A DNA stretch of 64,000 nucleotides. It comes from Lama glama (lineage: Eukaryota). The stretch is from the NCBI GenBank assembly GCA_028534125.1, contig CM052832.1:22074001-22138000 (forward strand). The letters are read 5' to 3'. This document shows, piece by piece, positions 36,235-50,038 of the stretch (position 1 is its first letter; every line of letters begins with the position of its first letter). A program made the position numbers and the translations under genes. The notes under the pieces were generated by a model, which made no database searches, had not been told where the DNA came from, and was given only the letters and a program-made list of their open reading frames with translations.

Positions 36235-36490
36235 GCAGTGATGTAGTAGAGTAATTCTCAGCATTGGCTTTGGAGCCAGACAGCTTGGGTTCCATTTTTG
36301 TCTCTACCACTTACCAACTAGCTGTGCCAACTTGGCAAGTTACTTAGTTTCCTGTGCCTCTGTTTCTTTATCTGCAAAATAGGATGATGGTAATTAATTT
36401 TACCTACCTCCTGGAGTTCCTAAGAGGCTTAGATGAGTGATTGTGTGTGATATGTTTAAAACAGTGCCTAAGTCATAACTATTTAAAATG
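36235..36490 (+). mobile_element. MIR SINE
   Basis: ggctttggagccagacagcttgggttc...ctgtgcctctgtttctttatctgcaaaatagg. Confidence 0.8.
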
Positions 36491-36913
36491 TATTTACCTA
36501 TCTTTCTTTCTTACTCTGTTGTTGTTTATTGTTTAATCTAGCTATTTCTGGCAAGTCCTGGTCTTCAATGGCCCACAGCAACAAATAGACTTTTGTTTAA
36601 GAAGAGTGTTGTAGAGCTACAACGGCTCTGCCGATAGAAGGAAGATATGGGAGTAGAAGGGGGAGAGGTGAAATAAGAGTGGAAATGATTGAAGCTACGT
36701 GGTAGGTATGTGGTCATTCACATACTATTTCCTCATTTTTGGTGAACATTCATTTTCCATAGTAAAAATTTGAAAATGAAGCAAGAGAGGGATTCTGAAG
36801 GTGGTGTGATCAATAGCAGTGTGATGGAGCCCTCACGTACTTTAGGTGGGAGGCCGGACTGCTATAGGCTGTCTGGAAAACAAATTGACAGGATGTGTCA
36901 AGAACCCTGAAAA

Positions 36914-37436
36914 TGTGTGTTCCAGTTGCTGTCACTGCGTGAAAAACTACCCAGAAACTTAAAACATCATTTTATTGAGTTCGCAGATTCTGGGAATCAG
37001 GAATTTGAACAGTGGGGATGGTCTGTCTGATCCATGATGTGTGGGGGCTTCAGCCGGTCACACTTGAAGGCTGGGGGTGACCCAGCAGCTGGGGGCTGGA
37101 ATCATCAGGTTTGATCACTCACAAGTTTGGTGCCTAGATGGGAGTGATGCACAGACTGGGACTGGCCCCTGGAGCGTCTTACTTGGCCTCCAGTGGGTTG
37201 GTTTCCTCATAGCATGGCGGCCATGGCGTAGTCAGGTGTTTCATATGGCGGCTCAGAGATCCAACTGCGAGTGCCCCAGCCATCACATTTCAGAGACCAC
37301 ACAGCATCAGCCCTGCTTCCTCTGTTGATTGAAGTTGTCACAAACCTGCTGAGATTCAGGGAGAGGGGGAACAGACCCCAGTTCTCCCTAGGAAAAGTGT
37401 CAAAGAATTTTGGGGTCATGTTTCAAAACTGCCTCA
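36914..37436 (-). mobile_element. ERVL-MaLR LTR (MLT1E/F-like)
   Basis: cagattctgggaatcaggaatttg...gggtttcctcatagcatggcggcc...agattcagggagaggggga. Confidence 0.7.
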
Positions 37437-38043
37437 ATGTTTGTCTTCTGACAGTGATTTCACTTCTCGGAATTTATCTTAATGACATAATTCAAAATGT
37501 GGACAAAGTTTTATGCTCATGTATATATATTCACATTTAAGATATAATACATTTAAATTTAATAAGTATATATGTATAAATTATAGTGAAATGAATTGAT
37601 AAATACATTTCAGTATAATTTACAATAATGAAATATTGGAAATGAACTTAATGACTAACAATAGGAAAATGAGTAAGTGCTGGTGAACCACAGATGATAT
37701 AAAGCCATTAAAATAGTGCTGGAGTTTTTTAATACATAGAAAAAATTCACATTTTAAGTAAAGTTGGTAAGTATAGGATTTGTATTATATATAACATAAT
37801 TTAAAATGTTTTTACAAATCTACATTATTAAAAATTGCAGAGAGAACGATGCAAAGGAAATATATTAAACATTAACAGTAGCCATCTCCAGGCAGTGAGC
37901 TTCCAATTACTTTAAATATTTTCTTTATAGCTTTCTGTTCTTCCAAAAATTTTTTCAATTTGCGTATATAACTATCGTAATTACAAAAAATTTAATTCTG
38001 GTATATTTGATGTATTAAAAAATAGTGAACTCTTAACCATTTT

Positions 38044-38085
38044 GCTTGTTATATTGAGCTTGTTATATTGAGCTTGTTATATTGA
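38044..38085. repeat. Perfect 3 x 14-bp tandem repeat (GCTTGTTATATTGA)
   Basis: Units at 38044, 38058 and 38072, with no spacers. Confidence 0.95.
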
Positions 38086-41000
38086 AAAAAATACTTGCTG
38101 ACTTGATTAAAAATTGCATTTATATTACAAAACATACATGTCCTGGACTCCAAAAGGAGAATGGACTAACTGAACAGTAGCAGGATTGGCAATGTTTTTC
38201 TGAATCCAATTTTGCCCAGTCTATACCTCTTCTCTCAGCCTGTCCCCTCCATTTTTAGGACAGGGAGACCTCCTCCTCTCTGCTCAGAGTAGTCAAGGTC
38301 TGGCAACAGAGTGTGCATTTGACGGAGCCCAGTTTCACCCTCCCTATCTGCTCAGTGGACGGAAGATAGGAACAGGAAGTTAGAGCCCAGCCCTCAGCCT
38401 CCAGCTAAGAGTTCTCCTCTGAGGTCAACTTTTGTGTCTTTATGGCTTTTTTTCTGGAAACATCCTCCTCCACTACAATTGAGCAGAAGTCCTCTCCCAC
38501 CCACATCCCAGGAAGACTTCCCCTGAGCCCCAGGAAGTCCTTGCTGGGCCCACCACCAGCTCAGCTCCCCATTCGAAGGGCTGCAAACTGTTGTCACTGA
38601 TGTCCCATCATCTGTCTCTTTTTGCTCTTCCCATGTCTGGTGCACATTTACCAGTGAGGTGATGAGATTCGTTATAAATGAGCATGTGTGTCTAGTCTCA
38701 TCAGAGGTCATCCCTGGAACCTGTCTGCCTGATATCCATGGCTTCTAGTACAACTCAGTAGGCTACCTCTGCTTCCATCTCAGCCGCCCCCTAAGTCAGA
38801 TGGCTGTACACTTTGGTTCCAGTGGTACCCAACTTGTTCTTGACTCAGGGGCTCTCTGATGATGACCTCATCCATCTGTCTCTTCCCCAAGGCCATGGTT
38901 CCTTGGGACCCATCAATAAATGTAACAGGTTGATACACCTTAGCTGCACTATACAATGGCCAAAGATGTAGTTTGCCCATAATCTACATAACACTTTTTT
39001 CAAAAAGACCTTAAACATTTAATCAGTTAATATATTCAGTAGGCAACACTTGAAATAAACTGGTTCCAGAGCTACATATTATTGGTATTATTTTCATGAT
39101 AGTTTTCTGGTCTGAATCGCTGATGATAGCACTCTAATACTAATATTCAATTCTTCAGGATACTTCTTAAAGCAGTTTAAACAATCAAAACTATTCACAT
39201 TTTGTTTTAGGCCACCTAGAATGAATAACACAGGGCTTTTTAGCATACCACAAAGTCATCTTCTGTGCAAGTTACCAGTGCCAGCTGTCCATGTCCTTAC
39301 TTTCTGGTTTGTTTGGTATTATATGAACAGAGGATTAGGGGGAGGGACAAAATGTAGTTTGAGATAGAAATGCAAATGGTTTATGATGCAAACTCTGACT
39401 AATATGGTTAAATCATTTGATCCTCTTAAAGGATTTGCCAGTGGGGAAAGAGGTAATTCTCCATTCCAACCCAATTTCTACTACTGAATTATTTATAAAA
39501 TCAAAAAAACCCCCAAAGTGCCATCTTTGCCACTTGCTACTTACAAATATTCAGGTTCTTCTGGGGACAGGGTAGGGCTGCACAGCAGGATTGCTACTGT
39601 GGAGTTGGCTTGGCCATGAGATTTGGTTTGGCCAATGAATTGTGGGTGGAAATAAAAAGATGTATCACTTCCAGGTCAAGTTTTCAGGGTGTGCTTTGCC
39701 AAATTCTGTGTCCCGGTTGGGTTGAATGGAGATTTTATTACCCTGGTTCCCAGGTAGCTATACGAGCAGAGTCTCCCCAGCCTGCACTGGACATGTGTTA
39801 GGATGAAGAAATATATTTATCAAGCCACTGAGATTTCAGGGTTGTTTGTTACTGGAACATAACTTAGTCCATCATGACTGGTAAAGTAGGTAGCTAGCTA
39901 GATGATGGATAGGTATGTATATTGGTAGACAGATATAAAGACAGAGAGATGGAAATTCAGATATACTAGTAGTAGGTGTTCATGGGTGGGACTATAAGTC
40001 TGGAAATCATGACTCTAAATTTTTACTCTAACATTGATTACTGGTTTACTGGTTACCATCTTTGATTGCAATTCATTTGAGTCTCCTTACTCTGAATTAA
40101 AAATTACATTTCGATCTTGTTGCTGATTTATGTAGAGTTTTCACAAGGTATTCTATGTGGGAAAAAAAGCAAATTATAATGCAGGACGTACAGTATGACT
40201 CAATTTTGGCAGGAAAAATTATATATGAGTAGAGAAATGTCTGGAAGGCTTTATACCAAAATATAAACTGTGGTGGGAATATAGGTGATTTAAATTTTCC
40301 TTCTGTATGTGTATTTTCTATTTAAAAAATATAAGCACATGTCACAAACATCAGTTGTTTTTGTCCTGATCAGTGTACATCCCATTGAGAAACTGCCCTG
40401 CCTTCTGAGCAAGTGATTCCATTTCCCACCTCCCCATCCCACCCAACAGAAAAGCAGATACATATCATCTGATGTTGACCATATACTTTCTTGAAATCTG
40501 AATCTTGGTACAGATACATGGAAATGGATAGTTTTTGGCGTCGAATCTTCTGTTGGCAGTGTCGAGAGAGACCCAGAACTTCTTTGGTTTCTCTTTCTTG
40601 AGGATTTAGGAGTGACTTTGATTTTAGGGTTACCCAATTTCTTCTATTTGTTTTGCCTTTGGGGTAAGTTAACCTAAATTGATTTGTAGGTTTGCAACAA
40701 AATTATCTTTGCTAACACACATGTATTACTTGTACAGTTTAAAAGATTAACAGGATAAAACATAAAGAATAAATTAATCTTGTCCTCTTTCCTATGAAAA
40801 GTTAACTCATGGAAACTTTTTAGGCTTTTTACTCTTGGTTTTTTCCAAGGTGGTGGTAATTATTGCCAAGCTTTTTAAAAGCATGAACAAGACACTTATA
40901 ATCAGCTAGTGCTGGGTGTATGTGTGTGTGTTTATGTGTACACATAGCGTTATGGGTTAATCTGGACTTAAACCGATACGCATGTGAACTCAGACACACT

Positions 41001-42861
41001 GGAACTGTGTGTGTGAGTCAAGGTGGTATGGGGATGGGTGTGTGATGATGAGAATAGTGGGTCAGTGAATAGAATGGTAATAGGAGTTTTAGCCAGGCTG
41101 CTCAGAATAAAGATCATATTCCCAGCTTCTCCTGCAGGTAGGAATGGGTACATAAGTAAGTTCTGGCCAATAGGATGAGAGCAGAAGTGATGTGTATAAC
41201 CTCATGATTGAGCCCTAAAAAGGCAGGAGTGTGATCTGTTGTCCCCACCCCCTTCTTTGTCTTGCTGTCTGGAATACAGATCACATGGGCAAGAGGACCA
41301 TCTAGGGATGGCAGAGCCACCAGATAGAAAGAACCTGGGTCCTCAACATCATTGAATCGCCATACCAGCTCTGACTTTAACTCAGATATAAATACACTCT
41401 TATTTAAACCACTGCATGCCACACATGTGGACAAAAATGTCCGAACTAATGCATCAGAATCCTTACTTTTGGATATTTATCCTAAGTCAATAATTGAGGA
41501 TATGTGTAAAGATTTAAATAACAAGGAAATTGATCACCAACTTTATGGGAAAGTTGGAAATAAATAGTGATTTGGTTAAAGAAATTATAGTTTATCTGTA
41601 CAATGGAATACAATGAAGCCATTTAAAGAAGAACAGTCATTGATATAGAAAAACATTCATTTTTTAAAATGCACATCAAAGATGAGAAAATGATGACCAG
41701 GATATGAGCTCAGCATTGCCCTCTCCCCACCTGCAAAGGAGACTTCTAACTCTGCCCAGTCAGTTTCTTTCTTTCTCTCGTTCCCTATAGAAGGGACTGT
41801 CCACCAGGTGAACTCCTCTGGGCTTTTGTGATGTGACTTGGGAGGAAAAGGCCCATTGGCTGGGGCTCAGAGGATGTTTTCTGAAGGGTTTTGGGAAGCG
41901 AAAGGTGATCTGTTGAGTGTGGGACAGTGGGAGGGAAAAGAAAAAGGGGATTTTAAAGCATGCCTGTGGACCATATTCCTCTTCAAGGTATTTGGGCTGA
42001 AATGATTTCAGCTGCTATGATATGCAGGCATTGGCCCACGGGTCTCTCTACTGTGGACATAGAAATAGGTCCTGAAGATGTTTATCTGTCACTCAGGTTT
42101 TGTACCAGCTTCTCCTCTGGATGGGCAGAATTCCATTTTCTGCTTTTTGGTTTTCTGCTAGTATTTCTCCATTTGTTACTAAAAACAAATGCTAAAATTT
42201 ATTTTTTTTAAATTATTGCTGAGTTATGCTAGTAAAAGGAGAGGCATAAACTCATCCTAGACTTTTCCCTTAGCACAGGGAGAGGGCAGGGGGGAGGAGG
42301 AAATTTCCTGCTTTCAGTGTCCCCAACTCACAGCCATACTCACCCCGTCTGCTGGAGATGACTGTCTGCCTCCCTGCAGGCCCTGAGCCAGTTAGAGTCA
42401 GATCAGGCAGTACATGTCAGAGGCTCTCTGCCCGCTGGGGGAGGGATGGGGGCGCTTGGTAAGAGTCTGCTGCTTTATTTCTGGAGAATGGGGCTATTGA
42501 CATCCTGATGGACATGCAGGCCCTCTCTCTCTCTAATCAAACCCTCACCAAATGTGACCCATCTCCCCACCAGACCTCCCGCTCCCATGCCTGCTTTTCA
42601 TTCTGGGACTAAGGCTCGGCCCAGCTGGCTGGAGACATGATCACCATGCCTCCTTCTAGAAAGGGGGTGAGCTCTGCATCTGGATTCCTGATCTATAAGC
42701 ATGGCACATGGCCGATGGCTTGAAAACAACAGCTGGGCAGGACATTCTGTTGTCCCCTTTGCCCCACGTTGGGGAATGTCTATGGGGAGCAATGGGTGAA
42801 GTCCCAGGTTCCCAGTAACACTGCACTTGAGTGGGTCGTGGGAGCAGGAAGCTTTCAGGTA

Positions 42862-43033
42862 GGACTGTCTATGTTATTTGCAGGACTCAGCAGTGCAAAG
42901 TGAAAACATGGGGCCCCTTGTTCAAAAATCATGAAGAATTTCAAGACAGAGACTGTTGAATCAAACGTGGAGTTCTTCTAAGCATGAAGCCCTGTGCACC
43001 TGTACAGGCTGCATGCCCAGGAAGCTGGCCCTG
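42862..43033 (-). mobile_element. MER45A-like hAT-Tip100 MITE
   Basis: gtgcaaagtgaaaacatggggccccttgttcaaaaatc...gccctgtgcacctgtacagg...gaagctggccctg. Confidence 0.75.
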
Positions 43034-43349
43034 TTTTTAAAATTTCCAAGAGAGCCTTCCAGAGAGGGCCAAAGGATTGTTTAATGCTCACAATCACTGC
43101 TGAGGTTATTCACTTTCCAGTTTTTAATCTCTGCCTCTACTAGGTATTGCCTCATGAGTTATAAAATTTGCCCATAGAAGTCCCCTAGCTACCACCTCAT
43201 TTCTCTCATTTTCTTCACAGCTAAATTTCTCAGAAGACTGGACTACAGTGGTTATGTCTACTTTTATTCTGATTAGACAGTCATCGCCATTTAGAAATCA
43301 GATTGTAGCCCCCACAAATCCACCAAATCTTACCTGCAGCAGTCACTTG

Positions 43350-44080
43350 TATGAGTTAGGGGGGCTTCTAACTAAAAGTTACTAAAAGTAATGGATAATC
43401 TGGCATGTAGCCAAATAAACAAAACAAGAGTTAATTTTTCTCACACTCCAAGAGGTCTGGAGGCAGACCATTGTGGGTGTTGGTTCAGCAGATCAACGAT
43501 GTCAAGGCCAAGATCATGCTTTCCCCACATGGTCGTAAAATTTCCACCATTCCCACCCTGCTCGGCGACCAGAATCAGGACTGGGAGAAGAGAGGAAGGG
43601 TAATGCCAGCTATGCCCACATTCCTGATGTAAAACAAACCGCCCAAAGCTAAGTGGCGTAAAAAGAACCATTGTACTAGGCTCGCAGATTCCCTGGCACA
43701 GGACTTTGTGCAGAGCACAGTGGGGAAAGTTTGTCTCTGCTCCACAGTGTCTGGGGTCTCAGCTAGGAAAACTTGAAAGGCTGGGCACGATTCAGTGGTG
43801 GGGCTACAATCGTTGAGAGATGTCCTCATTCACATGTCTTGTAGTCGGTGCTAACTTTGGCTGGACCCTCCACTGCACTGCCCAGGATATCCAGACTTGG
43901 TCTTTCCATGTGGCCCCTTGGCATAGTTCAGGCTTCCTTGCAACATGGTTGCTGGCTTCCAGAAGCAAGTATCCCCCCAAAAAACCAGGTAGAAATGCAT
44001 GGCAGTTTTATGACCTCAGATGTCACAGCACTACATCTACTGCACTCTGTTGGCTAAAACAATCACAGAGAATGGGTCCT
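43350..44080 (-). mobile_element. Adjacent or nested MLT1-type LTR fragments
   Basis: gtttgtctctgctccacagtgtctggggtctcagct, gggcttccttgcaacatgg, ttttatgacctcag. Confidence 0.6.
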
Positions 44081-45726
44081 TGACTTAAGTAGGTTCAATC
44101 AGTAGATCATAAAATGCCCAGGGAAATTCAATGATAGGTCCGGGCAATGAAGGTAAGAGCAGTGTCTAAAACAGCCAATATTATTATCTCTCTCTTTTGA
44201 CATTCAGAAGAAGTTGACCCCCATATCCTGATGCCTGCAGGAGGTACAAAAATGATCTGGCTGGGAATATAAGGAAAAGCACTTTACAGTAGTGCTTGAA
44301 AAGCATTTTTAAGAATACTCCATACCTTTGGCAGCTTTTAAGGAGAAGAAATATCCAACAAAAAGTTACATTGCTTGTAGACCTCCCCACCTGACTAGAT
44401 CTTTGAAATGGCATAAAATATAATTACCAGTACCCAGAAGTCAGACATGCCACATAAAAATATCTGTATGCCTCTGACTGCTGCTTATTATAAGGTTGCA
44501 TGACAACCGTGATAAGGGTGAGTGAACCTTGAACTGTCTGGCAAATAAATTACTTTTAGCTTTACGAAAGCCTGGATGGATGATAATGTCTCAGACTCCT
44601 GTCTTCTTCCTGATTTGATTATTATGATCCCTGACACCTGAATACTGGGTCAAAGTTTGAAAATCTACTTAGCAAGAAGTACCTGATATTACTGTGGAGA
44701 CCAACTGGTGACAGATCAAACTGTCATCCCTTTCAGCTGTGCTATTTATCAAGGCTTCAGCTCTTCCCTCTGCAAGTGGGCTGTAAACTCCAGGATCTTC
44801 AGCCACAGCCTGAACCTCCTGTCTGAACTCCAGCTCATTCATTAAGTCACTTACAGTTGATTTATGGAGCACCTATGAGGTGCTGGATAGAATATTTGGT
44901 GCTGGAGATAGAAGAAGACACAATCTCTTCCCTTTAGGAGTTCACAGACTCTTAGGAAGACGGAACAGCCAGTTATCGTGATGTAGGGTTACCAGGGCTT
45001 CAGTAAAGGCATAACCAGAGGATTCTGGAAGAACCAGAATTGAGGACTTCCCCTAGGGAGATAACCTTTCAAGTGATCATTTCCACTTTCTTAACACTCA
45101 GCACTTCAGATAAAGAATTCATGATTTTCTTTCCTCAGCTCTCATTGCTTCCTAATAGTTCCATTTCTGTGAATAGTATCACTCTTTATCTTCCCAATGA
45201 TTCGGGTTTAAAACCTTGTGTTTCTATTTTCTCCATCCCCTAGCTCCGTTCAGCCATTAAGTTTTGCATTTCAGGTCCCTGAATCTCTGGCTACAGACAT
45301 GCCCGGAGCCTTTGTTTTCTGCTTCTGGTCATCACAATTCCAGGCACCCAGTATTATCAAAGTTAAAAAAGACACAACAACCTAAGTAGCTCAAACCACC
45401 TGTGAGTCCACACCCCATCACCCCGCTCACGGCTTCCTGAACCAGCCTCCAGGCCTGCCAAGCACCATCTACCCTGGATTCTGCCACCAGATCATAAAGA
45501 TATTTGCCTGGAGTCTGGCTGGCTAGATCGTGGGGCTTTAAGGTAAAGAGAACGGGAGGAAGAATGCACCTACATACACCTGTGAAATGAGGATGCAGTA
45601 AATGGGTAGGCATAGCCTCAAGAAGGGTAAGAGAACAGGAATTACCGAGAAATTCACCAGGAAAGCCAGCGGGGCAGCAGTGCGCCCTTCCAAAGGGGTG
45701 AGATGCCAAGGGAAGAGCGAGGTAAT

Positions 45727-46225
45727 TGTATTAGCTTCCTGTGGCTGTTGTAACAAATTACCACAAACTTGGCAGCTTCAAGCCACAGAAACGTATCCTC
45801 TCACGGTTCTGAAGGCCCGGGAATCTGAAATCAGTAGCACTAGGCTGAAATCAGGTGTCCAATGGCCACACTCTCCCTGGAGACCCTAGGAGAGAATCTG
45901 TTTCTTGCCTCTTCCAGCTTCTGGTGGCCGCTGGTGGTCCTGGCTTGTGGCTGCATCACTCCAACCTCTGCCTCTGTGGTCATACTGCCTTCCCCTTTTC
46001 TATCTGTTTTCTACCTTTGCTTCTTTCTTATAAAAATTCATGTGACCACATTTAAGAGCCACCCAGGTGATGGAGGATAATCTCCCCATGTCAAGATCTT
46101 TAATTTAGTCATATCTGCAAAATCCTTTTTTACCCACATAAAATAACATTCTCAGGTTCTGGAGATTAGGATGTGGATATCTGTTTTTGGGAGGCGGGGA
46201 TAGGGTCATTATTCATCGTACTTCA
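45727..46225 (-). mobile_element. ERVL-MaLR solo LTR (MLT1C/D-like)
   Basis: Starts tgtattagcttcctgtggctgttgtaacaaattaccacaaactt and ends ...cttca. Near-perfect 5-bp TSD GTAAT/CTAAT. Confidence 0.85.
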
Positions 46226-48619
46226 CTAATAAACAAAGTAAACTTGAAACCATGATGCAGACCTATAAATCTGATCTCATGGTGGTCTCAGAGCTACAGC
46301 TGGGTTTTGGAGGCGTGGATGAGGCCCAGGGTATCTCTTTTCCAGGGAAACAGAATGAACAAAAGCCTAGGGGTGGCTGTGAGGATGGAGAGAAGAGAAC
46401 AGGGATTGGGTGAACTGGACTGGAGACGCCATATGTGATACGTTGTTGCTGTGGGAGATGAAACTGGCTACATAATTAGAGAGGGAACCAATAACAGAAG
46501 AGCTGGAGCAGTTGGGGTCTGGTCCTGATAGAGATGCCATCGCTTTCTGCACAGGAAACGGCATCTTGGAAGCCATTCCAAGGAGGAGCAGTCTGCACTT
46601 GTGAAGGCCAGTCCATTCCTAACGAAGAAGCCTTACACAAGCAGAAGCCTAAGTTAATGGGTCACAAATCCAAATTCCATCTCCTGACGCCATCTCAGAT
46701 ATTCCTCTCAACTTGAGACTGACACGTCTAGCCTTAGATACAACTGGGAATAAAATCTCAACTTTACCGTAGTTTGTCAAGTCCTTTGTGATGTGGCTTC
46801 TGGCTAATTCTTCCACATCACCTCATCGTCTCTTGTCATTTTCCTTATTATCTAAACAACGGGAAGCATGGGTTTTCAATATACCAACTTGGAGCATATT
46901 TTAGAGGAGAAGCCAGAATTTAGCTCTAGATGTGTTACATTTGAGCTGCCTCATCCACATCCAAATGGAAATGTTGAAGAGGGAGTTGGATATATGAACC
47001 TGGGGTCTGAGAGACAAAGGTTGGGACCAGGCATCTGGTCCTGGTGAAGATGACGTGTTGTCAGAGCACAGACTGAATTCACAGCCGTTGGGACAGAGAG
47101 ATAACAGGGCATTTGTGACAATAAAGAAGACGAGGGTATGAAGACCAAGGGAATGCCAATATTCAAATATTCAAAGATCAGGGCAGCTAGGAACGAGTTA
47201 AGGAGATGAAGGGCTGGACAATGAAACAGGAAGAACTAAGAGAAAGGGATGTTGAAGGTGCCATGAGAAGCAAGTTTTTCAAGCAGAAAATTTCAAGATG
47301 GACTCACCAAATGCTGCTGATCGACAGAGCCACATGTCTGTTTTGCTAGCTCTTCCCTTCAGTGCTGGGCATGGAGTAGACGTTACACAAATACGTCTCG
47401 AGTGAATAAAGAAATGGTGTGGGGTTGGGTTCTTATTAATCTAACAAAGGACTCATCTTCTAGTTTCAGAGGTGGAGCTAGAGCAGGTTTTCTGATATAG
47501 ATGCGAGGGGGTTAACACAGAATCTTAGACTCCCTGAGAGAGGAAAGCACAAGATGTTTTACTGGAGAAACTGTCCTCCAAGTTACTGTCTGGTGCACTT
47601 CAAAGTACTCCACCATCTTATGGTTCAGCCACATGTGGCTTGGACTGTTGTATATTGCCCGGGACAAAAAGTTACCTTTGTAAGCCAACCACACACATGC
47701 ATTTCTAATGTAGCTTTAGGGCCTAAATTCAAAGCTGCCTCAGCCAGATTATGCCCAAAGCTTAAAGGTATTATCTTCTTCAGGGGAAGTCAGGAGACCA
47801 AAGGAAGAAGGTCCCACCAGGGGCTTGGGACCCACAGAAAAGAAATGGTGCAGACAACGTTTCTTTCTCAGCCCATCTTCCCCATGACCAGATGCTTGTA
47901 GTCCTCTTGTTGAGAACTGAATCTATAAACTAGATCCCATGAAACCCTGATGGGAATAAATGCTGCGTAAGCTTCTATCTTTTCCCAATTTCTTCCCAAG
48001 TCTTCATAGTTCTGAAGATGCTTCCTCTCCTCCTCTTGTGCTGGCTGCCCCATGTCTAGGGAAGGTCCGTGCCCACATGAATCCTCTGGGGGGAGTTGCA
48101 GGCATCTCTGCAGATTGAGGTCTGGATCCATGAACTGTGAGTGACTCAGTGTGTTCCACATCCTGCAATGCTTACCTTTTGAACAATTATGCCTGGGGAG
48201 AAGAATGTTTATTTCAAAGAAATGAACATATAATGGTAGAATTTTAGGTACCATCGGTCCTGAATTGAGGAGCGGGGATATTTTGGGGATGCCAGGTTCT
48301 CAGAGTGATGAGCTGTTTGCCTAATCCCTCTTTCTGCAAGGGTCATTTGGACCCTGTCTGCTGGAAACAGAGGCCAGTGAGTCAGCACCCCACAGCAGAT
48401 GCTTCTCTGAACCTTAACTCCTGTTTGAAGAAACTTAGCCATACTTTTCCCACAGGACCAAGCCCACTCCTAGTCCCTCTATCCCAGCACCATCCAACCT
48501 GAAACCTCTGGGCTAGGCACCATCTGTTTCCTTCAGCGATCTGGACCGACCTGGCAGTGAATTCAAAGCTCCCTCTGCCTCCCTCCCAACAGGCGTGGTT
48601 TAGAATTAGTCTTAATGAT

Positions 48620-48870
48620 GGTAATAGTTCTGTTTATGGAGCATCTATAATGGTGCCAGGCTCCAAGCTTGGTGCTTCATATACATTACATCACGTAGTC
48701 TTCACAACAACTGTGTGCCAAGTACACTTTGTTATGTCCATCTTAAAGATGAGGCAACCACAACTCAGAGATGTTAATTAACTAGCTGACAGTCTCACAG
48801 CCAGAAAATGGTAGAATCAAGATGAAAACCCCAATCAGTCTGAGTACAGGGCAGAGATCAAAAACCACCA
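48620..48870 (-). mobile_element. MIR SINE
   Basis: gtgccaggc...ccatcttaaagatgaggcaac...cagagatgttaattaact. Confidence 0.7.
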
Positions 48871-49491
48871 CCTCTCAGTCTGGCTGTCCCCAGCCAATAT
48901 CTGGTTGACCCAGGCGGGGCCAACACGCTCCGGCTTCACACCCAGCCTCGCATGCATGTGCCTTGTCTGTGTGACTGTGCTTCTGCCCTGGATCCTGACT
49001 TCTGCTCCTGGACTGAAGCTCCAGCCTGACTCCCAGACTGCTTTGCTGAGACCCTCACATCCTGCCTCTAGCCTTGCCTCCCTCCTCTCCCGAGGGGCTG
49101 CTCCTGTTCTCTCCAGCTGCTCGGTGGGGTCTTGTGCTCAGTTGGCGGGGCTTTCCCGGAACCATGAGCCCCTCTCCTGCTTGACTACATGCACAGTCTC
49201 TGCCTGGAGGAGGTTGTTGCCATGCACCGTCAACACCTCTTTCAACGGCTCAAGCACATCTATGTCAGCCCACGATGGGACTGTGGTATCTAAAGCCACT
49301 GTAGGGGCTCACACTTTGTCATGGAACTGACCTGGAAGATGCCTGGGTACCCTGACCCTCCACTCTTCACCCTTATTTCCTTAGTTTCTTGATCTCCCAC
49401 TGGGCTCTTTAACTCAAAACCTATTCTCAAACTCTCATTTTATAACCTCATTTTGGATTTGCTGTCTAAGATTTTTTTTTTATGGTGGAAA

Positions 49492-50038
49492 TTTTTTTTT
49501 TACTTTTTAAATTGAGGTGTAGTTGATTTACAATATTATATTAGTTCAGGTGTACAATACAGTGATTCAAAAATTTATAGATTATACTCCGTTTAAAGTT
49601 ATTTCAAAATATTGGCTGTATTCCCTGTACTGTACAGTATATCCTTGTAGCTTATTTTATATATAGTAGTTTATATCTCTTAATCCCCTCCCCCTCTCTT
49701 GCTCTTCCCCCAATTCCCTCTCCTTGCTGGTAACCACTAGTTTGATCTCATATCTGTGAGTCTGTGTCTATTTTGTGATGTTCATTTGTTGGTCTTCTGT
49801 TTTAGATTTCACATATAAGTGATAACATATAGTGTTTTTCTTTGTCTGACTTATTTCACAAGCATAATACCCTCCAGGTCCATCTATATTGTTGCAAATG
49901 GAAATTTTTCGTTTTTAACGGCTGAGTAGTATTCCATTGTACAGATATACCTCATCTTCTTGATCCATTCATCTGTTGATGGACAGTTTGGCTGCTTCCA
50001 TATCTTGGCTGTTGCAGGTAGTGCTGCTATGAATATTA
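49492..50038 (-). mobile_element. LINE-1 3' end
   Basis: aaattgaggtgtagttgatttacaat...ggtaaccactagttt...ccattcatctgttgatggacagtttgg. ORF remnant AKIWKQPNCPSTDEWIKKM is the L1 ORF2 C-terminus. Confidence 0.9.

Noticed and set aside
38044..38085. Short direct repeats as a possible CRISPR-like array (also 14880-14941)
   Set aside because: Head-to-tail repeats without spacers, in mammalian DNA with no cas genes.
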